A DNA stretch of 63,930 nucleotides, counting the filler, from Squatina squatina (lineage: Eukaryota), in assembly GCA_031763465.1 (NCBI GenBank). It is 4 parts of 4 records of this genome, joined end to end, with 100 filler letters (N's around TTAATTAATTAA, not from the genome) between each part and the next. Parts side by side here need not be neighbours in the genome. Positions count along the whole stretch, not along the records: positions 36,586 to 50,737 come from JARFOE010000120.1; 3 more parts are not named here. The stretch is one strand, 5' to 3'. The stretch's first letter is position 1, and every line of letters begins with the position of its first letter. The notes below the pieces were generated by a model that was given only the letters and a program-made list of their open reading frames with translations, did not search any database and had not been told where the DNA came from. Of the stretch, positions 36,713 to 50,837 are shown in pieces. Made by a program: the position numbers and the translations under genes.

Positions 36713-38529
36713 AGTGAAAATGTTGGTGCCTACTCTCAAACAGAGCGGACAATGACTGACTGCTGCACACTATAGCCCAGTACTCAGTGCCAATCCACAG
36801 GCAGCATGTACAGGTATGTTAGGAATTCTGTTTTGCGAAGTGTTGACATAAAGAAGATCTACTGCCATCAAGAGTCATTTCAGAAAACCCTTCTAAAGAA
36901 TGAGGCCATATTTTAAAGTTTTTGATTGATTTGTGATTCCGTTGTTTAAATTTTTTGTTTAAATGATGAGTGCTCCATCGCACCATGATCTAAATTAACA
37001 CCTGACACATGCAGTGCTCACATCTCTTTCTCCCTCCCCCATGGAATTGCCTGTGATAGATTCAGTACATCACATCTCACTGTTACTAATCCACTGATTC
37101 TGCTATCTTAACACATTTCTAATACGGGCTTTATATTTGGACCCATAGTATGAAACAGGGCCATGGCCGGACACGCTGATCTATATGTCTGCCTTCTGTG
37201 TTTCTCTACCTTGGCTGCACTTGCATGGAATGCTGCCTGTGCCCATTTACTTACTTTCCGTAGGAGATGAGGGAAGATTCCTGACAGTACAAGTCGCACA
37301 CCAGCTGATTATACTCAGCAGGCCTGATTTTACTTCTCTCATCCCGTCTTATGTCCCAAATCAAAATTGAGTCCAGAAGAGGAGAAGTCTCCTCTTCTAC
37401 TTTCTGGGAGGCAGCGACTCCTGTAGTGCAGATATACGAGTACCAATCGCCCTCAGCACCTCACTTCATGGCGGGGAAACAAAGCCACCTTGTAGCTCCA
37501 AATTGCGACACTCATTTTTGACAGGAGCAGTTGAAACTGGTAGGCAGCATGAGATCTGGAAGAATTGGCAGTTAGCTGGGATGAAGCTTCAAGCCCATTT
37601 TTAATTGTGGAACAAAAAAACCGATCAGAGCTTTTACACGCTGCCCATTTCTTTCTCTATTGATGGAAGAAATAAGAATCATTTGACATTATTAAACACA
37701 TTTGTTCAGTACCAATCTAATTCTTATTTAAGTCAACAAACACAAAATACTGTTACTGAAGTACCTCAATATTGTGTGTGCGGTTAATGAGGGGCTTTGT
37801 TAGCCGTTCAACAAAACTTCAAAGTAATTCAATCTCCAGTCATCGGTTGAAGGGACATAACCCTGGGACAGAAACTGCTCAAGGACTTTGTGCCAGGGCT
37901 AGTTTCATTGTCAAGTATGGTTTGTCTGGTTTTCCTGTATAAACAAGTATTAAATTTGCTTATATTAAACACATGAATCTGTGCTGAGTATTCTGTTGTT
38001 CACTCTCCTCGAAGCTTCCTAAATGTTGGAGGAAAGATGAATCATCCTACATTGCTGAAGTTTCCATGGACAAGCTAAATCATTCTGTTTATTGTGTGTC
38101 TGTCGTCGATAATGAAATAAACACATAGACGGAAGCAACATTCTCCCAGACTTGACTCCAATTAGTAGCAGTTATCGCTGAACCTGAAGGGCTTTGTCCT
38201 TGAATTTGTTGAATCAAATGCACTCTTTGTCCTAAATATGCTGACAAATGACAGTGCAAAATGTGCAAACTGTGAGCACTACCTAATAAGCACAGCCTCT
38301 TCCTTCTCACAGCTATAAATCTCAATAGGAAAAGATCTCTTGGCTTGTTCAACTTGAAAAACTTCTCTTCTGCTTCATCCACTGAACTTTGCCTCAAACC
38401 TTTTCCATGTCCTTGCATTAAGCACTTTCTGGACCTCTTTGAAACAATGGGTGTCGACTATTGTGAGGTCGCAGTCACAGTAGGAATTAAAACAACATAC
38501 ATGTTCTAATTCCATATAAAATTTAGGTT

Positions 38530-38752
38530 ATTGTGGATCTTTGGAATTCTCTACCCCAGAGGGCTGTGGATGCTCAGTCGATGAGAATCATGACTGAGAT
38601 TGATAGATTGTTGGATACTAAGGGAACGAAGAGATATGGGAATAGTTCAGGAAAGTGAAGTTGAGGTAGAAGATCACCAATCTCATTGAATGGTGGAGCA
38701 GGCTCGAGAGGCCGTGTGGCATTCTCCTGCCCCTATTTGTTATGTTTCTTAT
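38530..38752 (+). mobile_element. CR1-type LINE 3' terminus
   Basis: tggaattctctaccccagagggctgtgga...gaatggtggagcaggctcgag...ttcttatg. Confidence 0.8.
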
Positions 38753-39945
38753 GATGTAACTAAATAAATAAAACACACACACACAAACCACATGTATTAT
38801 TCACTGGCTGCTCATATCTGTAGCTGGGGACTGGAACTATTTCCTTGTATTTTGCACACTTCCTGGAATTCTCAGTGAAAACTTGCATTTTGAGTCAGGC
38901 ACACCAACGGGCAGAATTTGTATTTCAGCACTTGACTGCCACACGGTTCTAAGACTATAGATCGTTTTTTTTTAATAATTCACCAGATTCTGGGCTTCCC
39001 ACACTGCTCAATGCTCAGGTTGTTTATTGGTTGCTTAAATAACTCAGGGCATAAACGAGTCAAACAACTTGACATGTAAATCAACCTCATGACAGGTTAA
39101 AAAGCACAGAATTTGTATGCCCATAATTATGATTTTACTTGTTAGTGGCATTTATGAACAAAATCCTTCTGGTTGGATCCTCCTCCTCTTCAGCTGAATT
39201 TATTTTGGAACGCCTGATACAAAGTTGTGCCCGTGACTTCACCAACCTGTGGATCTTTCCTGATGGCGGCAGGTGGGAAAGAGAAGGACTCATCAGAAGC
39301 AGCATGAAATCCCACCTCCTGGCTGGTGTTGGANNNNNNNNNNNNNNNNNNNNNNNNNNNNNNNNNNNNNNNNNNNNNNNNNNNNNNNNNNNNNNNNNNN
39401 NNNNNNNNNNNNNNNNNNNNNNNNNNNNNNNNNCAGCGACGCCCACATCCCAGGAACAAATAATAAGAAAAGATCACCTCTCAGCCACCTCCTTTCAAGA
39501 CTGATGATCCCAAGTCCAAGCTGTGACACTAAAAGAACTTCGGACTCTGTTGTGTTTTGCCTCTTGCTGCTACGCGTTGTTCTGGGTCTTTCTCTGCCAC
39601 TCTGATCACTCTTTAGAAGAACAAACGTGCATTTAGCGCCTTTCATGACCTCGACGTCCCAAAGCCATCATCATATGGCTTTCTTGTGAGCTTCAAGTGA
39701 ACAGGACAAAGATCAGGGGAGATGGGTTTGAGCCAATGATTGCATGAATGGGTAATGAGCAATCAGCTACTTTTCAAAGCATGAGACTAAACCAGGTAAA
39801 CAGTCCTAATCTTCAGGTTGCTTTGTGAGGGATTCAAAGTCATTAGTAATTCACTTCAATTAGAATCAGCAGATTTTTTCATAATTCTTTCTATTTTTCA
39901 CTTTCCTTGAACTATTCATTCACACAGTTTAAAACACTTCTTTTA

Positions 39946-40064
<119 letters not shown>

Positions 40065-40920
40065 NNNNNNNNNNNNNNNNNNNNNNNNNNNNNNNNNNNN
40101 NNNNNNNNNNNNNNNNNNNNNNNNNNNNNNNNNNNNNNNNNNNNNNNNNNNNNNNNNNNNNNNNTAAACGCCGGCATGGACTGGTTGGGCCAGTCGTATA
40201 TCCTATCTAATCCTGTGTAATCTGTACCTCACATTGTTACAAATTTGATATACATGTAAAACAACTTGGGCATTTCTGAGCTGCAACCTGAACCTGATGA
40301 GCATTCCCCAGCCTGCAAAGCTCCTGACTAAACAATTAAACCGTGTTACCTTGGGCTATGTTTGCTTAGTGATTTGAGTTTCTGATTTTAAGGGGACAGG
40401 CTAACTGAAACATAGCTCCACCTTAGCAGCAGACAGGACAATCCATGGCACAACACTCCTGTTATAAGTGTGTATACTGTGAGCAATATCAGGAGATTTA
40501 AATGTCTAAAAAATCTCTCCACCCTGAAAAATTTACATTTATGTCTCACCGTTTTTTGAAGCCAATTTTACCAGTGACATGAATCCTTGTTGAAGACTTT
40601 CTGAAAATCCAAACATAACAGCCACTCTTCTGCCCACCATATCAGTAATGACTCTTTCCTGAATCCATGATGTACTTTAATGATCAGCTTTTATCTCCCA
40701 GATTTCTCAAAATTTAGTATACCTCGATATCCCCTCAGGCTCCTCTGTTCACCCTTTGTCCTACTTTCTCCCTATCCCTCCTACGCTTGTTTGGAGTCCA
40801 AGTCTCCTGCTCCAGTATAAATAGACAACAGCACGTAATGACGCATCGCGTTCACCTAGCTCAAGATATAGCTCTAGCTAATGTACAACGTACCAAGTCA
40901 CATCACAACATCCCACGTAC

Positions 40921-41096
40921 TTGCGTGTCTTCACTTCCTCCAGTTCTTTGGTGAGCTTTTCGCTTTTCTCCATTGACTCATGCAGCCTGCGTCTCAGGTC
41001 GCTGATTTCCTCTTGCGCCTCAGACTTAATATCATTTGCGATGACAACCGCAGTCTGGAGGTCGGCCTGAAACTGCCGCCATTCAGCTGACTCTTC
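40921..41096 (-). CDS. SPECC1L: Cytospin-A coiled-coil exon
   Basis: 176-nt AG..GT exon encoding [58 protein letters not shown](K). Confidence 0.95.
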
Positions 41097-41236
41097 CTAT
41101 TTAAAAAAATATATTTTGTTCATGTAAAAGCAGATGNNNNNNNNNNNNNNNNNNNNNNNNNNNNNNNNNNNNNNNNNNNNNNNNNNNNNNNNNNNNNNNN
41201 NNNNNNNNNNNNNNNNNNNNNNNNNNNNNNNNNNNN

Positions 41237-41620
41237 GACCCGTTTATTCCTACTCTTTGCTTCCTGTCTGCCAACCAATTCTCTATCCACATCAATACTG
41301 AACCCCCAATACCGTGTGCTTTAAGCTTGGAGGAAGATGGAGTGATCAACCGTGTCAAAGGCTGCAGACAAGTCGAGAAGGACGAGGAGGGACAGATTAC
41401 CTTTGTCACAGTCACAAAGGATGTCATTTGTGACTCTCATGAGAGCCGCTTTGGTACTGTGGCAGGGGCGGAAATCTGATTGGATGAATTCAAACATGGA
41501 GTTCCAGGAAAGATAGGCACGGGTTTGGAAGGTGACAACATGTTCAAGGACTTTGGAGAGGAAAGGGAGGTTGGAGATGGGGTGGTAGTTTGCAGGGGCG
41601 GTGGGGGGATAAGGGGTTTT
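41237..41620 (-). mobile_element. L2-type RT fragment fused to a CR1-type RT fragment
   Basis: NYHPISNLPFLSKVLE...LLDLSAAFDTVDH (L2, 41327-41620) directly followed by LKAHGIGGSVLMWIENWLADRKQRVGING (CR1, 41237-41325). Confidence 0.85.
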
Positions 41621-42046
41621 TTTTTGAGGGGAGAGTGATGAAGAAAAATCTGCAATCCTACCACACTCCAAAGCACAATATGTCTGTCAACTGTATCGCT
41701 GGGTCAAATCTGGTCAGACATGAGTGAAAACTCTCTGAGCATGTGATGATGCTGCCATGGCAATGTGATGAAGTGCTGAATCCAGCCTTTGCAGGAGCAA
41801 TGGATAACTCGCATATCAATCAACAGTTTCAGGTTAGGAATACTTGCACAGAGTGCTCACTGACGGGTGAGATATCCATTACCTTCTATACCAAATTTAA
41901 GCACTAACACGAGCCAACAGAGTACACTTTTGTATTTAAAACTCAATGTAGATATAGTTCACATAACTGGCAAACATTCGTAGAAATCTCTTTTGCTGGA
42001 TTCCCATAAAAGTGAATTTTATTCACTATTTTTACAACCATCATAC

Positions 42047-43136
42047 CTTAGCTAGGGTATCCTGTAGCCGATTAGCATCATTGCGGGTATGGGCCAGTTC
42101 CTCCTGGAGGTTGTTGTACAAAGCCTCGATTTTCTCTTTGTCCAGGCGCGTGGTCTCCAACAGTTCTTGTAAATCTGACTTATCGCCTGCATTGTGGAAA
42201 GCATACAACTCTGCAACCTTCTGTTTCTCGTGTTCTAACAGAGCCTTGAACCTGTTCAGCTCAATCTGATCATTTGCAACAGTTGCTTTATATTCTTCTA
42301 ACACTCCAGCAAGTGCTGTTTTGGCTTTTTGCTCAGACTCCATGATCCGCTCCATTTGGTGGTTACGCTCTTTCAGAGCGCCTATCAATTCCTGAGCATC
42401 CTTGTTGTCTTGCTCTGCCATTTTTAGGGTGTTGCTTAAATGCTGCTGCACTCCAAGAAGTTGCTCACGTTCAAAACGTGCATTTTCAGCAAGGTCCATA
42501 TATCGCTGCTCTAGTTCCATGTACCGGCCACTTTTTACATCTTCGTCTAGTACGTAAGAAATGTGGTGCTCATCCAGCAAGGAGCGAAAGTACTCATTCT
42601 GTCGACTGAAGTGCTCCAATTTATCACTTTGCTGGCACAAGGAGTCCATCAGAATGACCTTTTCTTCCCCTAATCTCTCATTTTCAGAATTCAGCTCCTG
42701 TGTTATCTGCTGAAGGTCTGCAAGTTCCTGAAGAGTAGCTTGGAGCTCCTCTGCTGTGCTGTGTTGGTTTTCTTCCATCTGGTGAATGCGCTCCGTTAAA
42801 CAAGCCACTGACACTTCACTTACATTCCCACTGCTCCCTTTCCTTGACCGCTCCCTGCTTGGTGCACCCTCAGATTCAGAAGATGATGAGGGAGCATCTA
42901 ATGCATCATCACTGGAAGTAAGCGGCTGGTAGACCTCACTGGATTCACTGTCCAAGTTATCTAGAGAATTGCTGCGGTTGTCAGTTAATGTGTTCTCATC
43001 CTGGCTCAGGAGGTCTTCCATAGAACCAGGTGCTGATCCCTCCACTGAGGATGTTAAGGTACCACCATCACTCTGGTTGCCAGCAGCTACCTCGGGACTT
43101 GAGGACTGAAAGCCAAAAAGTTTCTCTGCGCTATCT
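42047..43136 (-). CDS. SPECC1L: Cytospin-A large coiled-coil exon (5' part in gap)
   Basis: Open frame from the gap edge ([11 protein letters not shown]...[13 protein letters not shown]) through [28 protein letters not shown] to RLQDTLAK, then donor GTATGA. Corresponds to ORF 42041..43045. Confidence 0.97.
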
Positions 43137-44219
43137 NNNNNNNNNNNNNNNNNNNNNNNNNNNNNNNNNNNNNNNNNNNNNNNNNNNNNNNNNNNNNNNN
43201 NNNNNNNNNNNNNNNNNNNNNNNNNNNNNNNNNNNNAAAGCCCAAGAGATATTTCTGTCCTGCTTTAACTACTCCCATTTCTTTCAGGGGAAGAAATAAT
43301 CTCCATAAAAAGCTAGCACTGTAAGTGACTTACCTACAATCACAGCCCATGTCAACAATTCCATCAGTTACTGTTAAACGGTCACCAATACTCAGCATTC
43401 CTGATCCGACAAAGCAAGCCAAACTTGGAAGGAGAGTACAGTACTCCCTCTACACCCTCGCCTCCCCTCTGGTTAAGGTAGCCAAAAATAAGCCTGTTTC
43501 AAGTACTACAGAAGTGGCAGAAACAACTTAAGTCTTGTGCCTGTGTGTTACAAAGCAGGCACGTTAAGTCAAAGAGCAAACTGATAATCAGTTGCTAGCT
43601 ACATCATGAGTTTTTAAATTAGTGTTGATCAGTTAAAACTCAGAGCCCCCTACCCCTCCTAACTCCCAACTCACTTTGAATCCCAGGTTTACCTTATCAA
43701 AAAAATAATTTATTTCATCTGCTAAAATCTGTATGTTAGTATTCTTCACTAAGTTAGGAGGTACAATATAAATAATACTTGCTTTTAAATAGCATCAGTC
43801 ACATTGAAACCGTCTCAAAGAGCTTCATGGTCAGTTATGTCCTGAAATGTAGTAACTTATGTGGGCAAACATGGTAGTCATTTCACACCAGCAACATCCC
43901 ACAGACCAGGCAGAGAAATGAATGGTCAGGAGCATTTGAAGGATGAATGTCAACCTTCTTTGAAAAATGGCATGGGATTTTTTACATTTTAACCATTTAT
44001 GATTTAATGTCTTGCCTGAAGAACAGTGCCTCCAACAATGAAGCAGTCCTCAATACTTGCTGCACTGGTGTATCAGACTAGATTATACGGTCAAGCGCTN
44101 NNNNNNNNNNNNNNNNNNNNNNNNNNNNNNNNNNNNNNNNNNNNNNNNNNNNNNNNNNNNNNNNNNNNNNNNNNNNNNNNNNNNNNNNNNNNNNNNNNNC
44201 AACACATCCTTCCTGCTTT

Positions 44220-44326
44220 CTCCCCGCACCGTGTCCTACTCCAACTCTTCCTTCCTCCTTTCTCTCCTCCACCTTCCTCTCCTTCACCTTCTCCTCCTCC
44301 TTCCCCCCTCCTCCTTCCCCCCTCCT
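44220..44326. repeat. (CCT/CTT)n polypyrimidine low-complexity tract
   Basis: Visible degenerate triplet repeat. Confidence 0.8.
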
Positions 44327-45876
44327 GTGTGGATGGAGCTTTTCATACAGAACAGTCCAGTAAAAGAAGAAAATCAAGTACATGAAACAATGAGTAAATA
44401 GTCAGAGTAAGCAGTGCTACTGCAGGGTGCATCAACTCCACAAACTTATAGTAATGTCAATTCAACTGACAATCTAAAAACGCAAGGAACAAAAGGCTTC
44501 TACATAAGACTTGAATAAGTACTATTTATATAATTTAATCCTGATTATTTTAATAAATAACTCTAACCCACATCCCTGGACTGCGCAGGTGTCTGAACAA
44601 TTACAACAATACATCAAGAGTGGATTACAAGGGTTTATGGTCATTTGGTGAAAAGAATTATTACGTCCTGTTTAACTATAGCATTATAATACAATATTTT
44701 AACCAACCCTTGATTTCCCATTCTATTACTTCCTTTAAATTATTGGCAACTGTTTCATACAGTGCCTGACAAAATTCCCATTGTTGATTACTCAGTGTGA
44801 CTTCACAGTAGATTATTGTACTAAGTTAACGTTAAAGTTATAAGTTAAAAAATAACATTCTGGAATCTCCAGGCAATTTTTAAGACTAAAGCACTGACAT
44901 TTGGAGACTGAAGTGTTTAAAGGAGACTGAAGTTTGTTAATGAGTCTGCAGTCACTTCAAAGGCATCTGTGTTGACATGAAAGGTTGTGAGGTTTTAGCT
45001 ATTAACTGCAAATACTTTCAAAAGAGTCTTTTCTTCTGTTGTACTTATCCCAACATTGCTTCCTGCAACTCTTTCAACACTGGTGACAGTATAAACAGTA
45101 TCCTCGTCTTCTTGTTCAAATACTGTTGAATTAATTTCTGCACTCATCCCGATGAGGTACATCAATGTGAATGGTGGAAAACCACATTTTCACTTTCTCC
45201 ATTTCTGAAATTTCTGATTGAAACTGGCGAAACATATGGATAATTTGTAGCGAAGTATGTTTGGGCAGGTTAGTGCTGTGGACACACACTTAGATCTGGA
45301 GTGAAGAATGTTGCAAGCTAGTTTCACAGAAGATACTTCTGAGCAACAGTGAGAAATAGCTTTTATTACCATAGCTTGGATTGGGGTGAAACTCAGGCCC
45401 CAAAAGTGGGAGGGCAGTGAACCATTCAGCCTCTGGTAAAGTTTATGAAATTTTGCTTGTTTTGCTTTTTTATTTAAACACTAATGTTGAAATGTTATAC
45501 ACAGGGGAAGTAGTACTGAGAGCGCTAAGTAATAGTGCCATTTTAAGGGCAGCATGTTGAAGCTACACAATGCAATAGTTGAGCACAAAGTCCATAATAC
45601 ATGTTCCTGACCTTAGTCATGGGAGGTGCTGAACAATGAGGGAGGAAACACAGGAGGGTACGGCAACTAGGTTCTGATGAAGGGTCCATACTCAAAATAT
45701 TACCGTCTTTTCTCCTTCAGATGCTGACTGAGCCACTGTCTACTTCTACTGTTTGAAGTGTTTTTGATAACCATTANNNNNNNNNNNNNNNNNNNNNNNN
45801 NNNNNNNNNNNNNNNNNNNNNNNNNNNNNNNNNNNNNNNNNNNNNNNNNNNNNNNNNNNNNNNNNNNNNNNNNNNN

Positions 45877-46850
45877 ATGTTTTCTGCTCCTTGCTGTTTC
45901 TGAGCTCCATCCAAACTGATTCTACTTCTTGATTTTTGGAGCCAAGATCCTTTTCCTCTACTGTCTTTATCCCATCCTTTATTATCAAGGATACCCCTCC
46001 CCCTTTTCCATTTTGCCTATCTCTTCTAAAAGTTAAATATCCTGGAATACTGAGTTCCCAACCTTGGTCACTTTGCAACCACGTCTCCGTAATGGCTATT
46101 AGACCAAACCTATTAATTTCTATCTTCGCTATTAATTCATCTATTTTGTTGCGAATGCTTCGCGCATTCAGATATAGTGCCTTTAGCTTTGACTTTTTTC
46201 TATTTTTTCCTGATGTCACCTCAGTCACTGATGCCCTATTACCTTCTTACTCTCTCTTTCCCTTCCTGACCCACTGTTTATTTTTACTCAAAACTCTGCT
46301 CTGCTCTAGAGCCTTGACATTTCTCTTGCTGCTTTTAAATTTACTTTTTCCTGAATCGTCCCAATCACCCTCCCGTCCTCATTAGTTTAAAGCCCTGTCT
46401 ACTACCCTAGTTATTCAATCCGCCAGGACGCTGGTTACAGCCCAATTTAAGTGGTGCTCGTCCCAATAGAACAGCTCACTCTATCCTCAGTGCCAGTGCC
46501 CCCGAAGCAAAACCCTGCCTCCCACACCACTCTTTGAGCCACGCATTTAACCTTCTAAACTGCTTACCCCAAACAAATTGGCATGTGGCTGAGGTAACAA
46601 TCCAGAGATTATTACCTTTGAGGTTCTGCTTTTTAATTTAGACCTCAACTCCTCAAACTCTCAGCAGAACCTCATTCCTAGTTCAATCCATGTCGTTGGT
46701 TCCTACATAGACCATGACAACTGGATCCTCCCCTTCCCACTCCCAAGTTCTCCAGCCACGAGGAGATGTGTTTAACCCTGGCAACACAACCTTCAGAACT
46801 CCAGGCCACGGCTATCTATCCCTCTGACTATACTGTGCCCTACCACAACT
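45877..46850 (-). mobile_element. CR1-type LINE 5' portion (ORF1 remnant plus ORF2 endonuclease)
   Basis: LKALYLNARSIRNKIDEL...IAITETWL...FRRDRQNGKGGGV...VESVWMEL. The upstream part has decayed SGNH-esterase-like ORF1 motifs (VYVGTND, KVIISGLLP, LNAWL). Confidence 0.9.
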
Positions 46851-47399
46851 AAATTCCCTTTCAAAAATAGCTTGGGCAGAAATAAAGATTGTAAAGCATT
46901 TATGTTCATTTAAATGCATAAAATTAGGATATTTTAGTAATATTAATTTTTCGATCGCAATATGTCAGAATGTCATTATTATTGTAATATTAAGTGACTT
47001 TCAGCACCACATTCTGAGCGGAGATCTTTAAAAGAAAAACAGACAGACAGCCAAAAGAGGACCAAATTCCATGGAGCCGCTGGTGGTGTAGAGATTAAGA
47101 GGCTTCTTCTAATGTACTGCAAGAGATCATCTTTGACTTTATCTCTTGTGGTGTTGATGGGCCCAAGTGTNNNNNNNNNNNNNNNNNNNNNNNNNNNNNN
47201 NNNNNNNNNNNNNNNNNNNNNNNNNNNNNNNNNNNNNNNNNNNNNNNNNNNNNNNNNNNNNNNNNNNNNNAGTCAAAGGGAGGCACTGGGTGGATATATC
47301 GTACTTCCCTAAAGGAGCAAGCTGCGTCACCCTAGCATCCTGTCATATACCTCCTCTTGAACTCATTCTTTTGTTCAACAACTGAATAATACAGGATAT

Positions 47400-47585
47400 G
47401 CACGGAGCTAAAAAAAAGTCATTTATCTCATTCCCAAATTGTGGGATCTTGCTGTGCACACACTGCGGCAAAGTTCGCCTACATATCAACAGTCAGTGCA
47501 CTTCAAAGTAATTCACTGTATATATCAAGCACTTGAGAAGTTTCTGATAGATGATGAGGCACTATATAAATGCAAGTCTTTCCTT
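47400..47585 (+). mobile_element. Deu-SINE 3' part
   Basis: gtgggatcttgctgtgcac...cacttcaaagtaattca...ctatataaatgcaagtc. Another tail lies at 50257-50358. Confidence 0.75.
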
Positions 47586-48619
47586 TTCACTTCATTATGC
47601 TGGAATTTCTGAGGGTTATCAAAATTCACTACATTAAAAATGCCACGTTCTCTACTCACAGAAAGTAATCTCAAAATTCCAGACAGCATTTGAGGTGAGG
47701 ACAGGATCGGGCTTGGCTGTGATGCCTCCCATGGTAGACTAGGCTGCCAGCACTGTCTAGTGTCAGAGGACAGCTGAAGCCCGTTGAACTGTACCCCAGT
47801 AAGACTCAGCACCTTCAGGAGAGGAAGGGAGAAAATTGGAAAATAATATTTTAAAATCTATTCCAAGCTCACTGCAGCTGTTGCTAAGACTTTTGGATAT
47901 TTTTCTGCACTTAAAACATGGCTCACATTTGACTCTTTTANNNNNNNNNNNNNNNNNNNNNNNNNNNNNNNNNNNNNNNNNNNNNNNNNNNNNNNNNNNN
48001 NNNNNNNNNNNNNNNNNNNNNNNNNNNNNNNNNNNNNNNNCTGTACGTAGTCCAAATAATAAATTATTCATACAAGAGCCCTGGAAATTCGACCATTGGG
48101 GAGGGAAAAGCAGTATGGATCAAAGGACAACGATCAGGAGCGAGAACCCTGGCTGATTTTAACCCTCCGTAGCCCAGGTGCACAGAGTACAATTACAGAG
48201 GCTGAGGTCTGCTTACACAGAACAGACCAGGATTCAAATCTGGCACTGCATCACCCAGTACATTTACTAAGTTGCCCATTAGGGAGCTCTCAGTCACCAT
48301 ATCTACCAATGCACTGAATCAAACGTCTGACAGACAAACTTAACTCAGCAAACGGTCAAGTCTTCAGGGAGTATACAGAATGGGAACCAAATGTTTCCTC
48401 ACAGTGAGGCAGGGAAAACTCAGAAGGTGAATGGCCGTATTACTCTCAAGCATCCAGAAGGCAGTCACAAAACAACACTCTTAGAGAACAGGTCATCTGT
48501 CTGCCTTCTTGTCTGAAAAATGGAGTAAAACTGCATGCATGCCACTGCAGTCAGATGGAATAGTTAGTTCTAGTCAGTCAGTATGGACAGGGGTCCAATG
48601 CATGTACATGAAGACTCAC

Positions 48620-48717
48620 CTCATTCCAGTTCGGTTCCATTGTGTCCCTGTAGACTCTCGTCTTTGCCTTGTTAACAAAGTAGCCAAATGAATCTACTTC
48701 TAATGTACAGTATAAAT
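48620..48717 (-). CDS. BCR: Breakpoint cluster region protein, C2-domain exon (human exon 15 equivalent)
   Basis: 98-nt AG..GT exon encoding (N)[32 protein letters not shown]. The residues and SPECC1L synteny favour BCR over ABR. Confidence 0.93.
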
Positions 48718-50576
48718 CTGTTTAAAAACAAGAAAAACAAAACCAGACACAATAATTACACAAGACATCTGGATAAGAAGTGTGCCCGTTAAAATAAAAC
48801 TGGTTGGTGCAGTGAGTTGCAAAACAGATTACAAACATATGAAAAGGGAGAAAAGCCAGTCAGGTCCACCAATTCTCATCATACCCATTATACAGTGCAA
48901 CCTCATGCACCACCATCCCTAGTTATTAGCAGTGTTAACTCCTGGGGGAGGCAAAATGGAGAATAAAAGCCTGTGGCCAATTTCAGGAGGTCCTTAGGAA
49001 TTTTCTCCCCAACACCCTGCAGGAATCATGCAAGTTCCAGAGACAATCATTATCTATAACACATTAGTAGCTGCACTTCACTAATGCAGTTTTTCTCCCT
49101 CCCCAATGTGTCCCCATGTTCTAAGGGCATAGCAACAGAGGACTGTACAGGATTGGAATACATTATTGATATTCACTGAGCCACTCTTAAAAGATCAAAG
49201 ACACAGACCGCATTTTATCTATCTCATCCTTCTAGCCTGTAGAATTGGACACAAAATGGAGTTTTTGGGCAAGCCAGTGTTAACAAAATGGAAGAAAACT
49301 GAGAATCAAAATTCCACAGGCCAGGACTGGCAGGTGTGAGAAACCTGCAGTCCCCNNNNNNNNNNNNNNNNNNNNNNNNNNNNNNNNNNNNNNNNNNNNN
49401 NNNNNNNNNNNNNNNNNNNNNNNNNNNNNNNNNNNNNNNNNNNNNNNNNNNNNNNCTGCTGAAATAAACTAAGATAATCAGCGCTAAGTAAGTGCCCTTT
49501 AGTGCTGAAATTAGCATGTTTTTTAAAGCTGTATGAAATTTTTTTTCTAAGTGTCAAATTGCAGGCCTTAAAGTGAGAATTCAAAGACCTGAACTTTGCG
49601 CTCACCAATTCATCCATTAGCGCCAGAAACTCAGGGCAATCTAATTGGCTGCCCATAGAACTTTAATATTCTGGTAGAAATATTTTTTTCTGAATACACA
49701 ATCAGATTTTAGTGTGTTTTGTTAAAAATTTGGCAGCCAAGATAGATGGCCATAAGCACCATTTGTATTAGAGACAAGATTTTGATGTTTCTATCACCAG
49801 TGATTGTATGTATAGATCATATAAATAAAGCAAACTGTGAAGAAATGTCAAAAGTCAACCACCAAAGCCTAAACACACTGTCACACATGTGACCCTTACA
49901 GTCAGTACAGCAGACTTGTAAGCATCAAACACACCTAACAAAGATTTCTCTCTGTGAGAAAGGTACAAATCAGTTTGGGTTCAACATATCCTCACTGGAT
50001 TCCATTTAGATCTACTCTATTAATTTATTTAGCTTTGTGGCTGAAATAGATGCCTGATGTTTTAAGAACAATAGTAAGCAGCGTGTACCCGAACCTTACA
50101 AAAGCAAATTTAATAAATATAGTCTATTTATGATAATTCAAAGTTGTTTTAACAAAAAAAATCAAATTATCCAGTAATTTGAATTAACTGACTGAACATT
50201 CTGTGTATACCGCAGTCCAAATCACCCTGTGATCTATTCATTAAAAATATGTATTTACTACATTACAACAGTGACTACACTTCAAAACTACTTCACTGGC
50301 TGTAAAGTGCTTTGGGACGTCTGGTGGTTGTGAAAGGTGCTATATAAATGCAAGACTTTGAATTTTCTTTCAAATATGAGCCTTGTATATCCATACCTCA
50401 AGTATATGAGAACATACAGACTACACCTGTTGAAAACTGTGGCATTTCTATTCCATACGATAGCTGATTTTGCTTTAGCATTNNNNNNNNNNAGCAATTG
50501 CATCTAGTTATCAAAATAAAGTTACCAGAATGAGCTACAGATTTACTTATACTTGAAGGTTGACAGAGAAACTCAC

Positions 50577-50717
50577 CTCGCCTTTCTTTACAGTCATAGA
50601 CTGTCTCCTGGGAGTGATCTCTTCATTAATGCTGGACAGGAAATTCTGTGAAATACGGAGAGCATCTTGCAGCAAAGGATGATCTGGGTGATTGACTGGT
50701 GTGTGTTTTAACAAATC
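50577..50717 (-). CDS. BCR: BCR, end of DH domain exon (human exon 8 equivalent)
   Basis: 141-nt AG..GT exon encoding [47 protein letters not shown]. Confidence 0.95.
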
Positions 50718-50737
50718 CTACAGGAACACGAGATAGT

Positions 50738-50837
50738 NNNNNNNNNNNNNNNNNNNNNNNNNNNNNNNNNNNNNNNNNNNNTTAATTAATTAANNNNNNN
50801 NNNNNNNNNNNNNNNNNNNNNNNNNNNNNNNNNNNNN
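50738..50837. other. Artificial scaffold-concatenation linker
   Basis: TTAATTAATTAA at 50782-50793 flanked by 44 N on each side. Confidence 0.95.

Noticed and set aside
37108-39333. Short ORFs as final SPECC1L exons or ADORA2A
   Set aside because: None matches the CH-domain remainder (NFSSSW.DGLAFCA) or a GPCR.
44990-45372. Coding-looking minus-strand stretch (FEQEDEDTVYTV..., HCCSEV...)
   Set aside because: Interrupted by stops with no identifiable family. It could be a decayed element, but I cannot support that from the sequence alone.
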